Assembly: GCA_040878325.1 (NCBI GenBank)
Contig: JBBDMM010000009.1
Location: 1-64,000, forward strand
DNA length: 64,000 nt
DNA from: Acidimicrobiia bacterium
GTDB taxonomy: Bacteria; Actinomycetota; Acidimicrobiia; Spongiisociales; UBA11373
Direction of reading: 5' to 3'
A program made the translations under genes and the position numbers. The notes beneath the pieces are model-generated. The model ran no database searches, was not told where the DNA came from, and saw only the letters and a list, made by a program, of their open reading frames with translations. Positions 8,575-17,491 of the stretch are shown piece by piece; positions within the stretch are counted from its first letter, which is position 1, and every line of letters begins with the position of its first letter.

Positions 8575-8667
8575 TCAGACCGATTGGAGGCGGATGACGA
8601 ACGCCACCGCCGCTACTCCGAGCATCAGCAGGAGGAGGAGGATGGTGATGACGGTGGCCGGGCGCAC
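8575..8667 (-). CDS. Putative 30-aa single-pass membrane microprotein (below ORF-track cutoff)
   Basis: GTG start, MRPATVITILLLLLMLGVAAVAFVIRLQSV; TATCGT -10-like box 7 nt upstream. Confidence 0.5.
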   Translation of the reverse strand: MRPATVITILLLLLMLGVAAVAFVIRLQSV

Positions 8668-8702
8668 CCCGTCGACGATAACCAGCGCGGGGCGGGTCGA
8701 GT

Positions 8703-8936
8703 ATGAGTGACCTCACCTTCCTCACCCGGGACCGCTGCCTGCTTTGCGTGGAAGCCCTTCCCGTGGTCGAGGCGCAGGCGCGGCGTCGCCGCCACACCGT
8801 GCGGATCATCGACGTCGACAGCGATCCGACTCTGCGCGATCGCTATGGCGATCGGGTGCCGGTGGTCCTCCGCGACGGGTCGGAGGTACTGGCCGGGGTC
8901 TTCACACCCCGGGCAGTGCGACGCGCGCTGCGGTGA
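8703..8936 (+). CDS. Glutaredoxin-like protein (DUF836)
   Basis: CLLC, IIDVDSD, RYGDRVPVV; typical neighbour of rex in actinobacteria. Confidence 0.85.
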   Translation: MSDLTFLTRDRCLLCVEALPVVEAQARRRRHTVRIIDVDSDPTLRDRYGDRVPVVLRDGSEVLAGVFTPRAVRRALR

Positions 8937-8953
8937 GCCTCGCGGTGCTCGGC

Positions 8954-9038
8954 GGCGATTGGCGATTGGCGATTGGCAGACGCGGAGACCGGCTCTCCTG
9001 CTTCCTGCGACCTGCTTCCTGCGACTTGCTTCTTGCTC
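8954..9038. repeat. Heptamer arrays (GGCGATT x3; alternating CCTGCTT/CCTGCGA-type x6)
   Basis: Direct reading. Confidence 0.85.
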
Positions 9039-9077
9039 CGGCGAGACGTCGCGATGCTGGGTCTATATTGCGCGATT

Positions 9078-9704
9078 GTGAAGACCGCGATCCCCAAGGT
9101 GACCGTTCAGCGGCTGCCGGTGTACCTCAGGTGCCTCGAGGGCCTTCCGACGGGGCAGGAACGGGTGTCGTCGGACGAGATCGCCGTCCTCGCCGGGGTA
9201 AACGGCGCCAAGGTGCGCAAAGACCTCTCCTATCTGGGTTCGTACGGCGTTCGCGGGGTCGGCTACGAGGTGGAGCGCCTCAAGCTGCAGATCGGGCTGG
9301 AGTTGGGGCTCGAGCGCGACTGGGCGGTGGTGATCGTGGGTGTGGGCAACCTCGGGCGCGCGTTGGCGAACTATGCCGGTTTCAGCGCGCGACGGTTCCG
9401 GATCGTGGGCTTGTTCGATGCCGACCCTCACAAGGTGGGCCAATTGATCGACGGCCTCGTGGTCGAGCCGATGTCCAGCCTCAATTCGGCGGTGGCGGAC
9501 CGCGAAGCGCGGATCGGGATCGTCACCACGCCGGCAGCCGCTGCCCAGCAGGTGGCAGAGCAATTGGCCGACGCGGGAATCCTCTCGATCCTGAACTTCG
9601 CGCCGACGGTCATCCGGGCGCCCGAGGGTGTCGATGTTCGACGGGTGGACCTGTCGACGGAACTGCAGGTGCTCTCGTTCTACCTGCACCGGCAGAGCGG
9701 CTGA
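9078..9704 (+). CDS. rex: Redox-sensing transcriptional repressor Rex
   Basis: RLPVYLR, VRKDLSYLGSYGVRGVGY, GVGNLGRAL, ILNFAP; GTG start 8 nt after TATATT. Confidence 0.95.
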   Translation: MKTAIPKVTVQRLPVYLRCLEGLPTGQERVSSDEIAVLAGVNGAKVRKDLSYLGSYGVRGVGYEVERLKLQIGLELGLERDWAVVIVGVGNLGRALANYAGFSARRFRIVGLFDADPHKVGQLIDGLVVEPMSSLNSAVADREARIGIVTTPAAAAQQVAEQLADAGILSILNFAPTVIRAPEGVDVRRVDLSTELQVLSFYLHRQSG

Positions 9705-9707
9705 AGC

Positions 9708-9825
9708 CAGCTTCGAGCCTCCAGCCTCCAGCCTCCAGCGAGATGACCGAACACGCCCGAGACTTCGGACGCGTCTCGCCAATCGCCAATCGCCAATCGC
9801 CAATCGCCGGCCGAGCGAAGCGAGG
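9708..9825. repeat. Heptamer arrays (CAGCCTC x4; TCGCCAA x4) plus CCGAGCGAAGCGAGG motif
   Basis: Direct reading; TCGCCAA array is the reverse complement of the array upstream of rex. Confidence 0.85.
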
Positions 9826-9831
9826 CCTCTT

Positions 9832-10320
9832 CTACTCCTCCGCGTCGAGGCGGCCCAACGCAGCTACGAACATCGCGAACAAGATGATCGAGCCGACCAT
9901 CAGGGCGCCGGGCAGGATCCTGATTTGGAAGGCGTTCAACCCGTCGATCAGTGTCGGCCGGAGGCCGCGGGGGGCGTACAACGTGTAGAGCAGTCCGACG
10001 ACGGCGAGAAAGCCGAAGGTGGCCGCACCCGTCACCAGGAACGCCAGGCGGTGGCCGAGGTTGGTGAAGTTGATCAGATAGACCGTTCCGACGAACACCG
10101 CCGCCGCTCCCACCGCCACGATGATCCCTCGGACCAGGACGCCGGGCTGGGGCTCGCCATCGGGACCGACGTTGTTCTTACCCACCAGCGTCTCGTATGC
10201 CCAGTCGATTGCACCCCGAACCTGGGGCAGCAGCGACAGGAGCACCACGACGAGCAGCGCGACACCGAGCCACTCGAGCCTGCTGAGCCCTCGCTCGTCG
10301 GAGCGGATGCGCCGGATCAT
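9832..10320 (-). CDS. Membrane protein with Flp/type IV pilin-like N-terminus, last gene of the Rieske/cyt b operon
   Basis: 4-nt overlap with cytochrome c gene; MIRRIRSDERG-LSRLEWLG then about four hydrophobic helices. Confidence 0.75.
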   Translation of the reverse strand: MIRRIRSDERGLSRLEWLGVALLVVVLLSLLPQVRGAIDWAYETLVGKNNVGPDGEPQPGVLVRGIIVAVGAAAVFVGTVYLINFTNLGHRLAFLVTGAATFGFLAVVGLLYTLYAPRGLRPTLIDGLNAFQIRILPGALMVGSIILFAMFVAALGRLDAEE

Positions 10321-11816
10321 GGCAGTGCCCTTTCGAATTGGACGATCAGCTCGATGTCGGCGGCGCTGAGCAGGGCGCCGAACCCCGGCATCCAGCCGCG
10401 CCCGATTCCGTTGATGCCGTAAGCGACAGCATTGTCGGAACCGCGCACCACGAATGTGTAGTGATCGGCCGGGTCGGGGAACTGGATCACCGTGCGACCG
10501 TCGAACAGCGCAGGCCCGAAGGCACCCGACCCCGGCTCCTGGGTGAAGGGCAGGCCCGCTGAGAAACCGGCGGTGTGGCAACGGGCGCAGTACAGGTTGT
10601 ACAGCGCCGCGGCCCGTTGGGCAGTCTCGATGTCACCCTCGAACGCGTCGGCGGCCATGGTCTCGATGTCGATTGCGTAGGGGCGCTCCTCGCGTTGCTC
10701 GAGGAGGAAGGCGAGCCCCTGTTCGGCGGTCGTCACCAGGGAAGCCAGGTTCTCGTTGGTCAGCCGGAGGTCGCGGGCGATCGAGTTGAACTCGGTGACC
10801 ATGATGGTCGCCTGGTCGAGATCGGGAATCGCGGTGGAACCTTCGCTGGTGGTGAAAGCATTCGCCGGATCGAACTCCAGCCGCTCGAGTTCGGTGCGGG
10901 GCGGGCTGGGTGGGGAGTTGCTGATGAGGCGGTCGAGAAGATCGTTCAATACTGCCTCTGTTCCATCGCTCAGGCCGTCCCGGTCCTGGTCGGGCCCCGG
11001 GGAGGCACAGGTCGTGCCGTAGAGCCGGGACGAGGCGGTGGTGCAGGTGCCGGATCCGGTGAGAACCCCCTCCAGCTCCGCGGGCAGGCCCTGCACCGCC
11101 GCGTGCTGGTCGGGGATCACCGCCAGCGCGGCCACCTCCGCCTGCTGGACCGCGATGGCGGCGTCGACGGTGGCATCTGCGACCTGGGCGCGGCGGATCT
11201 CGGAGTCGACGGTGCGATCGACCGCTGCCAGCACCTCCGATTGGGGTATCTGCAAGGTGCGGATGTAGGCGATCAGTTCATCCACCTGCTGGGTGTTGAG
11301 CGGACCGCCACCCTCGACACCCCACGCCGGCATCGGTGTCCCCTGACGGCCGTAGACGATCCAGAACCGCACCTCATCTTCGGAGTAGCGGTAGAGAATG
11401 TCGTTGAGGGACGGTGCCGACCAGGTGGTGGGGATCCCGCTGCGGGGCTCGACGAAGGGGGCACCTCCGCCACCGCCTTCGATGCCATGACAGTTGAAGC
11501 ACTGGAACTCGAGCCACCACTCATGGCCTCGTTCGATGGCGATCTCCTCGAAGCGGTGCTCCGCGGACGCCTGGCGACTCGTCTCGTTCAGGAAGTACAC
11601 GGGCATGGTGATGGCGATCACCGCAGTGGTGAGGAGCGCCGCCACCAGCACCTTGTTGAGCCGTTTCGACTCGAGCTCGTCGTCGGTCATGTAGGGGGTG
11701 AGGTTCTGCGGTGGCGCCTCGCGGCGGCGGGCGACCCGGGATTGGGTCACCAAAAATGCCAGCCATCCGATGACGGCCAGTACGGCGAGGGCAAGGGTGG
11801 CGGCGCCGATTCCCAT
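10317..11816 (-). CDS. Membrane-anchored diheme cytochrome c
   Basis: CFNCH and CARCH, MPAWG and MPGFG axial Met motifs, two N-terminal TM helices, DQDRDGLSD Ca-binding-like loop. Confidence 0.9.
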   Translation of the reverse strand: MGIGAATLALAVLAVIGWLAFLVTQSRVARRREAPPQNLTPYMTDDELESKRLNKVLVAALLTTAVIAITMPVYFLNETSRQASAEHRFEEIAIERGHEWWLEFQCFNCHGIEGGGGGAPFVEPRSGIPTTWSAPSLNDILYRYSEDEVRFWIVYGRQGTPMPAWGVEGGGPLNTQQVDELIAYIRTLQIPQSEVLAAVDRTVDSEIRRAQVADATVDAAIAVQQAEVAALAVIPDQHAAVQGLPAELEGVLTGSGTCTTASSRLYGTTCASPGPDQDRDGLSDGTEAVLNDLLDRLISNSPPSPPRTELERLEFDPANAFTTSEGSTAIPDLDQATIMVTEFNSIARDLRLTNENLASLVTTAEQGLAFLLEQREERPYAIDIETMAADAFEGDIETAQRAAALYNLYCARCHTAGFSAGLPFTQEPGSGAFGPALFDGRTVIQFPDPADHYTFVVRGSDNAVAYGINGIGRGWMPGFGALLSAADIELIVQFERALP

Positions 11817-11836
11817 CGCTCAGGCCACCGGCTCGA

Positions 11837-12676
11837 TCAAAAGCACGACGGTCCCTGCGGGTACTCGGTGCTCTTGGTAGACGCCCGCGACGTCTGGATC
11901 ACGGTGCCGGTGTCGATGATGAACTGCCCGGTATCGTCGATCTCGACCACGAAACGGTCGAGGTTGCGGGGGGCGGGGCCATCCTCGTATTCGCCGTGGT
12001 AGTTGTACTTGGAACCGTGGCACGGGCATTCGAAACCCTGAGACGCCTGGCACTGCGGCACCCGGCAGCCGAGGTGAACGCAGCGTTGCCACAGCGCCAT
12101 GAGCCCCCCGGCAACCACCGGGAGACCCTCGAACGAGGTGCCGGCGGTATCTCCCTGGAATGGCACGACGTAGGACTGGGCGGCCGGCACGAACAGCGGG
12201 CTCACCCGGCCATCCGACAGGAACACCTGGGCGGCGAGATCCTCGGCGCGGCCGGCGTTGATCTTGGATCCGAAGCCGCCGGAGCGCAGCTTCGGCCACA
12301 TGAACGCCAGCGCGGCGATGCCGAACTGAGCGAGGAACAGGCCGAACACCCCGCCGAGCCCCCGGTTGAAGAACTGGCGGCGGGTCACGCCCATCGTGTC
12401 GGCATCGACCAATTCGCGATCCTCCCGGGGATCGACCGGGACGGGCTCGGCTTCGCTCTCCGCGTCGGCAGCCGGCTCGGCTGCGGCCTCTTCGGCGCGG
12501 GCTCGTCGATCGCGGTCTCCCTTGCGGTCGCGGCTCCGGGTCTTTCGGTCGAGCCGCCCGACGCGGGGTGGGGCGTCGACGTTGCCCCCCCGGCGGAAGG
12601 CGATCGAGAAGATGGCGGCAAGGGCGACCAGCGCCAATCCGGCGAACGCGAACACGAGGATCTGGGTCGTGCTCAT
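11837..12676 (-). CDS. Rieske 2Fe-2S subunit of Rieske/cytochrome b complex
   Basis: CVHLGC and CPCHGSKY, GPAPRNL, internal Tat motif TRRQFF. Confidence 0.93.
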   Translation of the reverse strand: MSTTQILVFAFAGLALVALAAIFSIAFRRGGNVDAPPRVGRLDRKTRSRDRKGDRDRRARAEEAAAEPAADAESEAEPVPVDPREDRELVDADTMGVTRRQFFNRGLGGVFGLFLAQFGIAALAFMWPKLRSGGFGSKINAGRAEDLAAQVFLSDGRVSPLFVPAAQSYVVPFQGDTAGTSFEGLPVVAGGLMALWQRCVHLGCRVPQCQASQGFECPCHGSKYNYHGEYEDGPAPRNLDRFVVEIDDTGQFIIDTGTVIQTSRASTKSTEYPQGPSCF

Positions 12677-13371
12677 AGGTCGAAGAAGATTCCGTCACGC
12701 CAGGGGAAGGTGAAGTTGAACCCGGGCCCTCGATAGAACGACCCGATGGTGGTCAGGATCGCCGAAGCCACCACGAAGAAGGTGAACACCATGATGGCGA
12801 ACTTGCGGTCGGAGGGCCGGATGGAGCGGTTGCGGTCCACGTAGGGTATGGCGGCGAGCCCGGCCAAGCCCAGGCCGGGAATCAGCACACCGGCGACCTG
12901 CGGGTCGAAGTAGGACAGCAGTTCCTGGAGGCCGAGGAAGTACCAGGGTGCCTTCGACGGGTTCGGCTGGGCGTTGGGGTTCGCCAGCTCGAGCAGCGGC
13001 GCGTCCTGGAACACCGAGAAGACGGTCAGCAGCGCGGTCACCACCAGCAACGCGACGAATTCCATCGCCACCAGGTGAGGCCAGACGCTCACCTTGTCGG
13101 TGGGCTCTCGCTTCACCTGCTGGATCGCGTTGGCCTTCACCACCGTCAGCAACCGCTGGGTGCGCACACCCTCGGGGATCGCCGGGGCGGATCGGGCCGG
13201 CGCCGCGGCCGGCGCCTGCGCGGCGGCGGCTCCTGCGGCGGGTGCGGCGGCCGGGGCTGCCGCGAGGGTGCCGCCGGACATCTCTGCCAGCACCTGCTCG
13301 AACGGGACGCCGAGGGCCTTCGCCTTCGCCTGCGCCGATCGTCTCAGTAGGTGTTCGGGGATTTCTGCCAT
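12673..13371 (-). CDS. Cytochrome b C-terminal subunit (subunit IV / PetD-like)
   Basis: VWPHL, PNPSKAPWYFLGLQELL (PEWY-equivalent), PYVDR, three TM helices. Confidence 0.88.
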   Translation of the reverse strand: MAEIPEHLLRRSAQAKAKALGVPFEQVLAEMSGGTLAAAPAAAPAAGAAAAQAPAAAPARSAPAIPEGVRTQRLLTVVKANAIQQVKREPTDKVSVWPHLVAMEFVALLVVTALLTVFSVFQDAPLLELANPNAQPNPSKAPWYFLGLQELLSYFDPQVAGVLIPGLGLAGLAAIPYVDRNRSIRPSDRKFAIMVFTFFVVASAILTTIGSFYRGPGFNFTFPWRDGIFFDL

Positions 13372-13381
13372 GGCCGCTTCC

Positions 13382-14161
13382 TCAGAGGGGACCCGAGACG
13401 CCGCCGTCCTTGCGCACCCGCCAGAAGTGGACCGCCATGAAGATGACGATCAAGAACGGCAGGGCGAGGACATGCAGCACGTAGAACCGGAGCAGGGTGG
13501 AGGCACCCACCTGGATGCCACCCAGCAGAACGAACGAAACCTGGTCGCCGAAGACCGGGGTGTAGCCGGCCATGTTCGATCCGACGGTCACCGCCCACAG
13601 CGCCAGCTGATCCCAGGGCAGCAGGTACCCGGTGAACGAGAGGAGCAAGGTGAGGAAGAGGAGAACGACCCCGACCACCCAGTTGAACTCTCGCGGCGGC
13701 TTGTACGCCCCGTGATAGAACACCCGGGTCATGTGGAGGAAGACGGTGATCACCATCAGGTGAGCGCCCCATCGGTGGAGGTTCCGCACCAGCTGCCCGA
13801 ATGCGACGTTGGTCGAGAGGGCGGCGGTGTCCACGTACGCGTCGGGCACCGCCGGGGTGTAATAGAACATCAAGAAGATGCCGGTGATCGTCAGCAGGAT
13901 GAAGAGGAAGAACGACAACCCGCCGAGACAAAGGGTGTACGAGAGACGAACCCCGTGCCGCTTCACCTTCACCGGATGGAGGTGATACAGCACGTTGTTC
14001 ATGATCACGTACGACCGGTTGCGGGGGCTGTCGCTGTAGCCCTTGCGGAAGGGAGATCCGGGCCGGAAGACCGACTCCCAGAACTCGGACCCGCGGAGCT
14101 TCGCTCCGATCCCGCCGATGCGGGAGCCGATGGTCTTGCGTCCGTTGCCGTTCGAGGTCAT
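13382..14161 (-). CDS. Cytochrome b N-terminal subunit (cytochrome b6 / PetB-like)
   Basis: [50 protein letters not shown] terminus. Confidence 0.93.
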   Translation of the reverse strand: MTSNGNGRKTIGSRIGGIGAKLRGSEFWESVFRPGSPFRKGYSDSPRNRSYVIMNNVLYHLHPVKVKRHGVRLSYTLCLGGLSFFLFILLTITGIFLMFYYTPAVPDAYVDTAALSTNVAFGQLVRNLHRWGAHLMVITVFLHMTRVFYHGAYKPPREFNWVVGVVLLFLTLLLSFTGYLLPWDQLALWAVTVGSNMAGYTPVFGDQVSFVLLGGIQVGASTLLRFYVLHVLALPFLIVIFMAVHFWRVRKDGGVSGPL

Positions 14162-14257
14162 CCGCGCTCCTCGTCCCTCAATCGCCCGTACTCTCCGCCC
14201 TGACCCCTCCCGAGGTCAAATCCCCCCGGCGTCCTGCTGCTCGTCTACTCGTGCCTC

Positions 14258-14707
14258 TCAGAACCGCATTCCATACGCGTAACCATTCTTGGAGTCCCGC
14301 TGGCCCGAGTCGATCTCCCATGGCGCGGTGATCCCCATCTCGCCGGTCAGCGCGGCGACTGAGCCCTCGTACTTGCCCAGAGAAATGACGCCGGTGGGGC
14401 ATCGGTCGACGCACAGGGCGCACCGGGTGCACTCGTCCTCGTCGACCACGAAGATGCCGAAATTGGTGGCGTCCGCCCGCGGATCCGACACGTTGGTCGC
14501 CTCGGCGATGGCGTCCATCGACAGGTAGTGGATGCACTTCCACGGGCAGATGTCCACGCATCCCTCGCAGAGGATGCATTCCGACTGGTCGATGTGGAGG
14601 AACTGCTTCGGCTTGACGGCTGCGGCCAGGTAGTCGCCCTCGACCAGGGTCAGCTGATAGTCGTCGCGAAACGGCGGGGTTTCGAGCCAGACTTCCGAAC
14701 GGGCCAT
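14258..14707 (-). CDS. 2[4Fe-4S] ferredoxin
   Basis: CILCEGCVDICP and CTRCALCVDRCP. Confidence 0.9.
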   Translation of the reverse strand: MARSEVWLETPPFRDDYQLTLVEGDYLAAAVKPKQFLHIDQSECILCEGCVDICPWKCIHYLSMDAIAEATNVSDPRADATNFGIFVVDEDECTRCALCVDRCPTGVISLGKYEGSVAALTGEMGITAPWEIDSGQRDSKNGYAYGMRF

Positions 14708-15327
14708 CAGCGACCACCACCCCGTACCACCGGGCGTCCGTAGACCGAGGTCGTGGCTGGGCGCGGCTCACCACGACGCTTGGACCACTCCTGGTACTTG
14801 TACGCCCCCACCAGGATGATCACCAGCGTGTTCGTCATGTATCCGGCGACGACGATGTCTTTCAGCACGCCGAAGGTGATCGTCACGTTGTTGTTGAGCA
14901 CCAGCCATTTCGGGATGGTGAAGGCATCCCGTTGTCGGGTCCACTCGAGCGGGCCCTGGGTGAGGGAGAGCCACTCGTTGGGGACGATCCCGAACAGGAT
15001 CATGGCTTCGAGCGTGAAGAGGAACGCCCCCAGCGTCGCCCGCGCCCATGTGAGCGGCCGATCGAAGATCCATCCGAGGACGATGGCGACGATGAGGATC
15101 TGGCTCCCGAGAATCGCGGTCAGGTGGCCCAGCGTCGGCAAGGCCCAGCACTTGGCTGGATCGCCCTCGAAGAATGCGCAACGGGGAATCGACGGATGGA
15201 TGGGCTGTCCCACCGAATTCTCGACGGGGAGGTTCGTGAAGTGAGCGATCAGGACGCCGACGATCAGCAGGACGGAGCCGAGTACGACGCCGATCACGCC
15301 GAGTCGCTTGCGCTTCTCACTGGTCAC
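14707..15327 (-). CDS. Hypothetical multi-pass membrane protein, first gene of the operon
   Basis: About four TM helices, GIVPNEWL, TSVYGRPV; TGATG coupling to ferredoxin. Confidence 0.8.
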   Translation of the reverse strand: MTSEKRKRLGVIGVVLGSVLLIVGVLIAHFTNLPVENSVGQPIHPSIPRCAFFEGDPAKCWALPTLGHLTAILGSQILIVAIVLGWIFDRPLTWARATLGAFLFTLEAMILFGIVPNEWLSLTQGPLEWTRQRDAFTIPKWLVLNNNVTITFGVLKDIVVAGYMTNTLVIILVGAYKYQEWSKRRGEPRPATTSVYGRPVVRGGGR

Positions 15328-15568
15328 GCGTGCAGAACCTCTCTAGGAGCCGTGGCATTGTAAGACACGAACCCGTGACACGAGTCCCCGACGGCGTGAG
15401 GGGGTTGCTCGGGCCTGAGGTCGACATGCAGGAATTGCGAATTGATTGCGGGGCGGCCCCTGGCCGCCTTAGCCAGCCTCCGGCTGGCCAATTGCGGGCG
15501 AGCAAAGCGAGCCCCCTGGCTGGCTAACCTTCCGCCGCAATCGCGAACGAGATGGAGGGTTCGAGGCA

Positions 15569-17491
15569 GTGACCTCGGCAGACACGATGTCAGAGCGGGA
15601 GCCCGCCGACACCGCATCCCGGCCCGCTCTCCAGCCCGGTACGGGTTTCGTCGTTCGCACGGCCGGGTTGGCCGCCACGGCGTTTCTTCTGCTCGGCCTC
15701 CTGCTCTACACCGTCGCTGCAGTGTTGCTCCGCTGGCCGACATTGCTCTCCGACGCCGGTCTCGACGCGGGATCCCTTTCGTACGGAAGGCTCGCCCCCG
15801 CCGGGCTGAATGCGCTGCTGTTCGGGTGGCTGACGCTGGGGCTGGCGGCGGTTGCCCTCCACGTGGTGCCCCGACTGGTGGGCGCCAAATTGTTCTTCCC
15901 GCTCGCCGCGTTCGGGGTCATCGGCCTGATGACGGCCGGAGTTGCGGCCGGGGTCGGTGCCATCCTTCTCGGGGACGGAGTCGGTGGGCGCTATCTCGAG
16001 ATGCCGTGGTTCGCCGACGGAGCGCTGGTGGCGGCCTACTTCGGACTCGCCGTCATCGTCACAGCGACTGCTCGCCGGGGAGATCGTGACCGGCTGCCGC
16101 TTGCGGGGTGGTTCCTCGTTTCGGCTCCATGGATGCTCTTCCTGTCCTACGCGGTCGGCGCGGTGCCCGGTCTCGGCGGTGTACCCGGTGAGATTCAGGG
16201 AGCCTTTACCGGCGCCGCAGTCACCGGTCTCTGGGTGGCGCTGGCGGCGGTGGGAGCGGGCTACTACCTGATCGGGCGGCTTGTGCCGGGAGCCGAACTC
16301 CACCCGCGGCTGGGCCGCATCGCCTACTGGTCGTTGACCCTGTCGTGGGCATGGACCACAGGCCGCGCCTTTCAATACGGGCCGGTGGGTGATTGGGTAG
16401 GGACACTGCCGGTGATCTTTGGCGCAGGTGTACTCGTTGCCGCGATCACCGTGGTGACCGACTGGTCGCTGGCGTTGAGGCGGCGCTGGGTATCGATGGC
16501 AGGGTCACCGCCACTGCAGTTCCTGGCCGCCGGAGCCTTCTTCTTCGTCCTCGGCCCGTTCATCGGGTTTCTCGGAAGCCTGCGTTCGGTATCGGCGGTC
16601 GTGCAGTTCACCGAGTGGGAGTCGGCTTACGAGCAGGCGATGCTTCTCGGTGCATTCACGCTGTGGACCATGGGCGCCCTCGCCCATGTGATACCGGCGG
16701 AGTCGGGACGCTCGTGGCGACCAGGGTTGGGTCGGGCCGTGGTGTGGATCGCTGCTGGCGGCATCGGAATCTCGGTCGCCAGCCGTTTGGTCGGCGGGCT
16801 GCAACAGGGTTACGCGTGGCTCGCCGGGGTGCAGTCGGGCGAGTTCGAGAACTTCGGCGATGGTTTCGTCAACTCGTCGACCACCGGGGCGGATCTTGCT
16901 CAGGCGCTCGGTCTCGATCTGTTGACACTTGGCGCGCTCATCTTCGCCGCCATCACCCTCCGATTCGTCCTTTCCCGGGGCGAGGCGGAGGTCTCCCCGG
17001 GAGCTCCGATGATCATCGGGCGGCTGGCGGTCGTGGTGCGGGGCGCGGTACTGCTCTTCCTCGTGGCCGGGCTTGGAGCTTTCGTCCTGCCCGCGGTCGA
17101 CGCCGATCGACCCCCGACGCAACTCGCCGACTCGTCCCGCCTGTACCCGGAAAGGTCGATTGCCGACCAGGGTCGCCGGCTCTACATCACCGAGGGATGC
17201 TGGTACTGCCATACACAACAGGTGCGTGCCGTCGTGACCGACGTCGGGTTGGGTCGGGTGTCCGAGGCCGGTGACTACGCCCACGACCCCACGGGGACGC
17301 TCGGTTTCCGGCGACTCGGACCCGACCTGGGCCACACTCAGGAGCGGGAGACGGCCGGGAGCGCGTCGTACGTGCTCAATCACCTCATCGACCCGAGGGC
17401 GACTCGACCGTGGTCGGTGATGCCTTCCTATTCGTACCTCACCCAGGACGAGCTGACCGCGCTCGCCGCCTACGTTGCGGGGCTGAAATGA
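15569..17491 (+). CDS. cbb3-type oxidase CcoN-like/CcoO fusion with degenerate catalytic subunit
   Basis: SYGRL, GGRYLEMPW, QFTEW in a multi-TM domain; C-terminal YITEGCWYCHTQQVR, RLGPDL, PWSVMPSY. Confidence 0.85.
   Translation: MTSADTMSEREPADTASRPALQPGTGFVVRTAGLAATAFLLLGLLLYTVAAVLLRWPTLLSDAGLDAGSLSYGRLAPAGLNALLFGWLTLGLAAVALHVVPRLVGAKLFFPLAAFGVIGLMTAGVAAGVGAILLGDGVGGRYLEMPWFADGALVAAYFGLAVIVTATARRGDRDRLPLAGWFLVSAPWMLFLSYAVGAVPGLGGVPGEIQGAFTGAAVTGLWVALAAVGAGYYLIGRLVPGAELHPRLGRIAYWSLTLSWAWTTGRAFQYGPVGDWVGTLPVIFGAGVLVAAITVVTDWSLALRRRWVSMAGSPPLQFLAAGAFFFVLGPFIGFLGSLRSVSAVVQFTEWESAYEQAMLLGAFTLWTMGALAHVIPAESGRSWRPGLGRAVVWIAAGGIGISVASRLVGGLQQGYAWLAGVQSGEFENFGDGFVNSSTTGADLAQALGLDLLTLGALIFAAITLRFVLSRGEAEVSPGAPMIIGRLAVVVRGAVLLFLVAGLGAFVLPAVDADRPPTQLADSSRLYPERSIADQGRRLYITEGCWYCHTQQVRAVVTDVGLGRVSEAGDYAHDPTGTLGFRRLGPDLGHTQERETAGSASYVLNHLIDPRATRPWSVMPSYSYLTQDELTALAAYVAGLK

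Noticed and set aside
15328..15568. Rex operator in the divergent respiratory promoter region or upstream of either nuoA
   Set aside because: No convincing TTGTGAA-N4-TTCACAA-like palindrome found by eye
15569..17491. Functional cbb3 oxidase, or a pseudogene
   Set aside because: Ligand histidines are absent, so not a normal oxidase; the frame is intact and the CcoO heme motif preserved, so not an evident pseudogene
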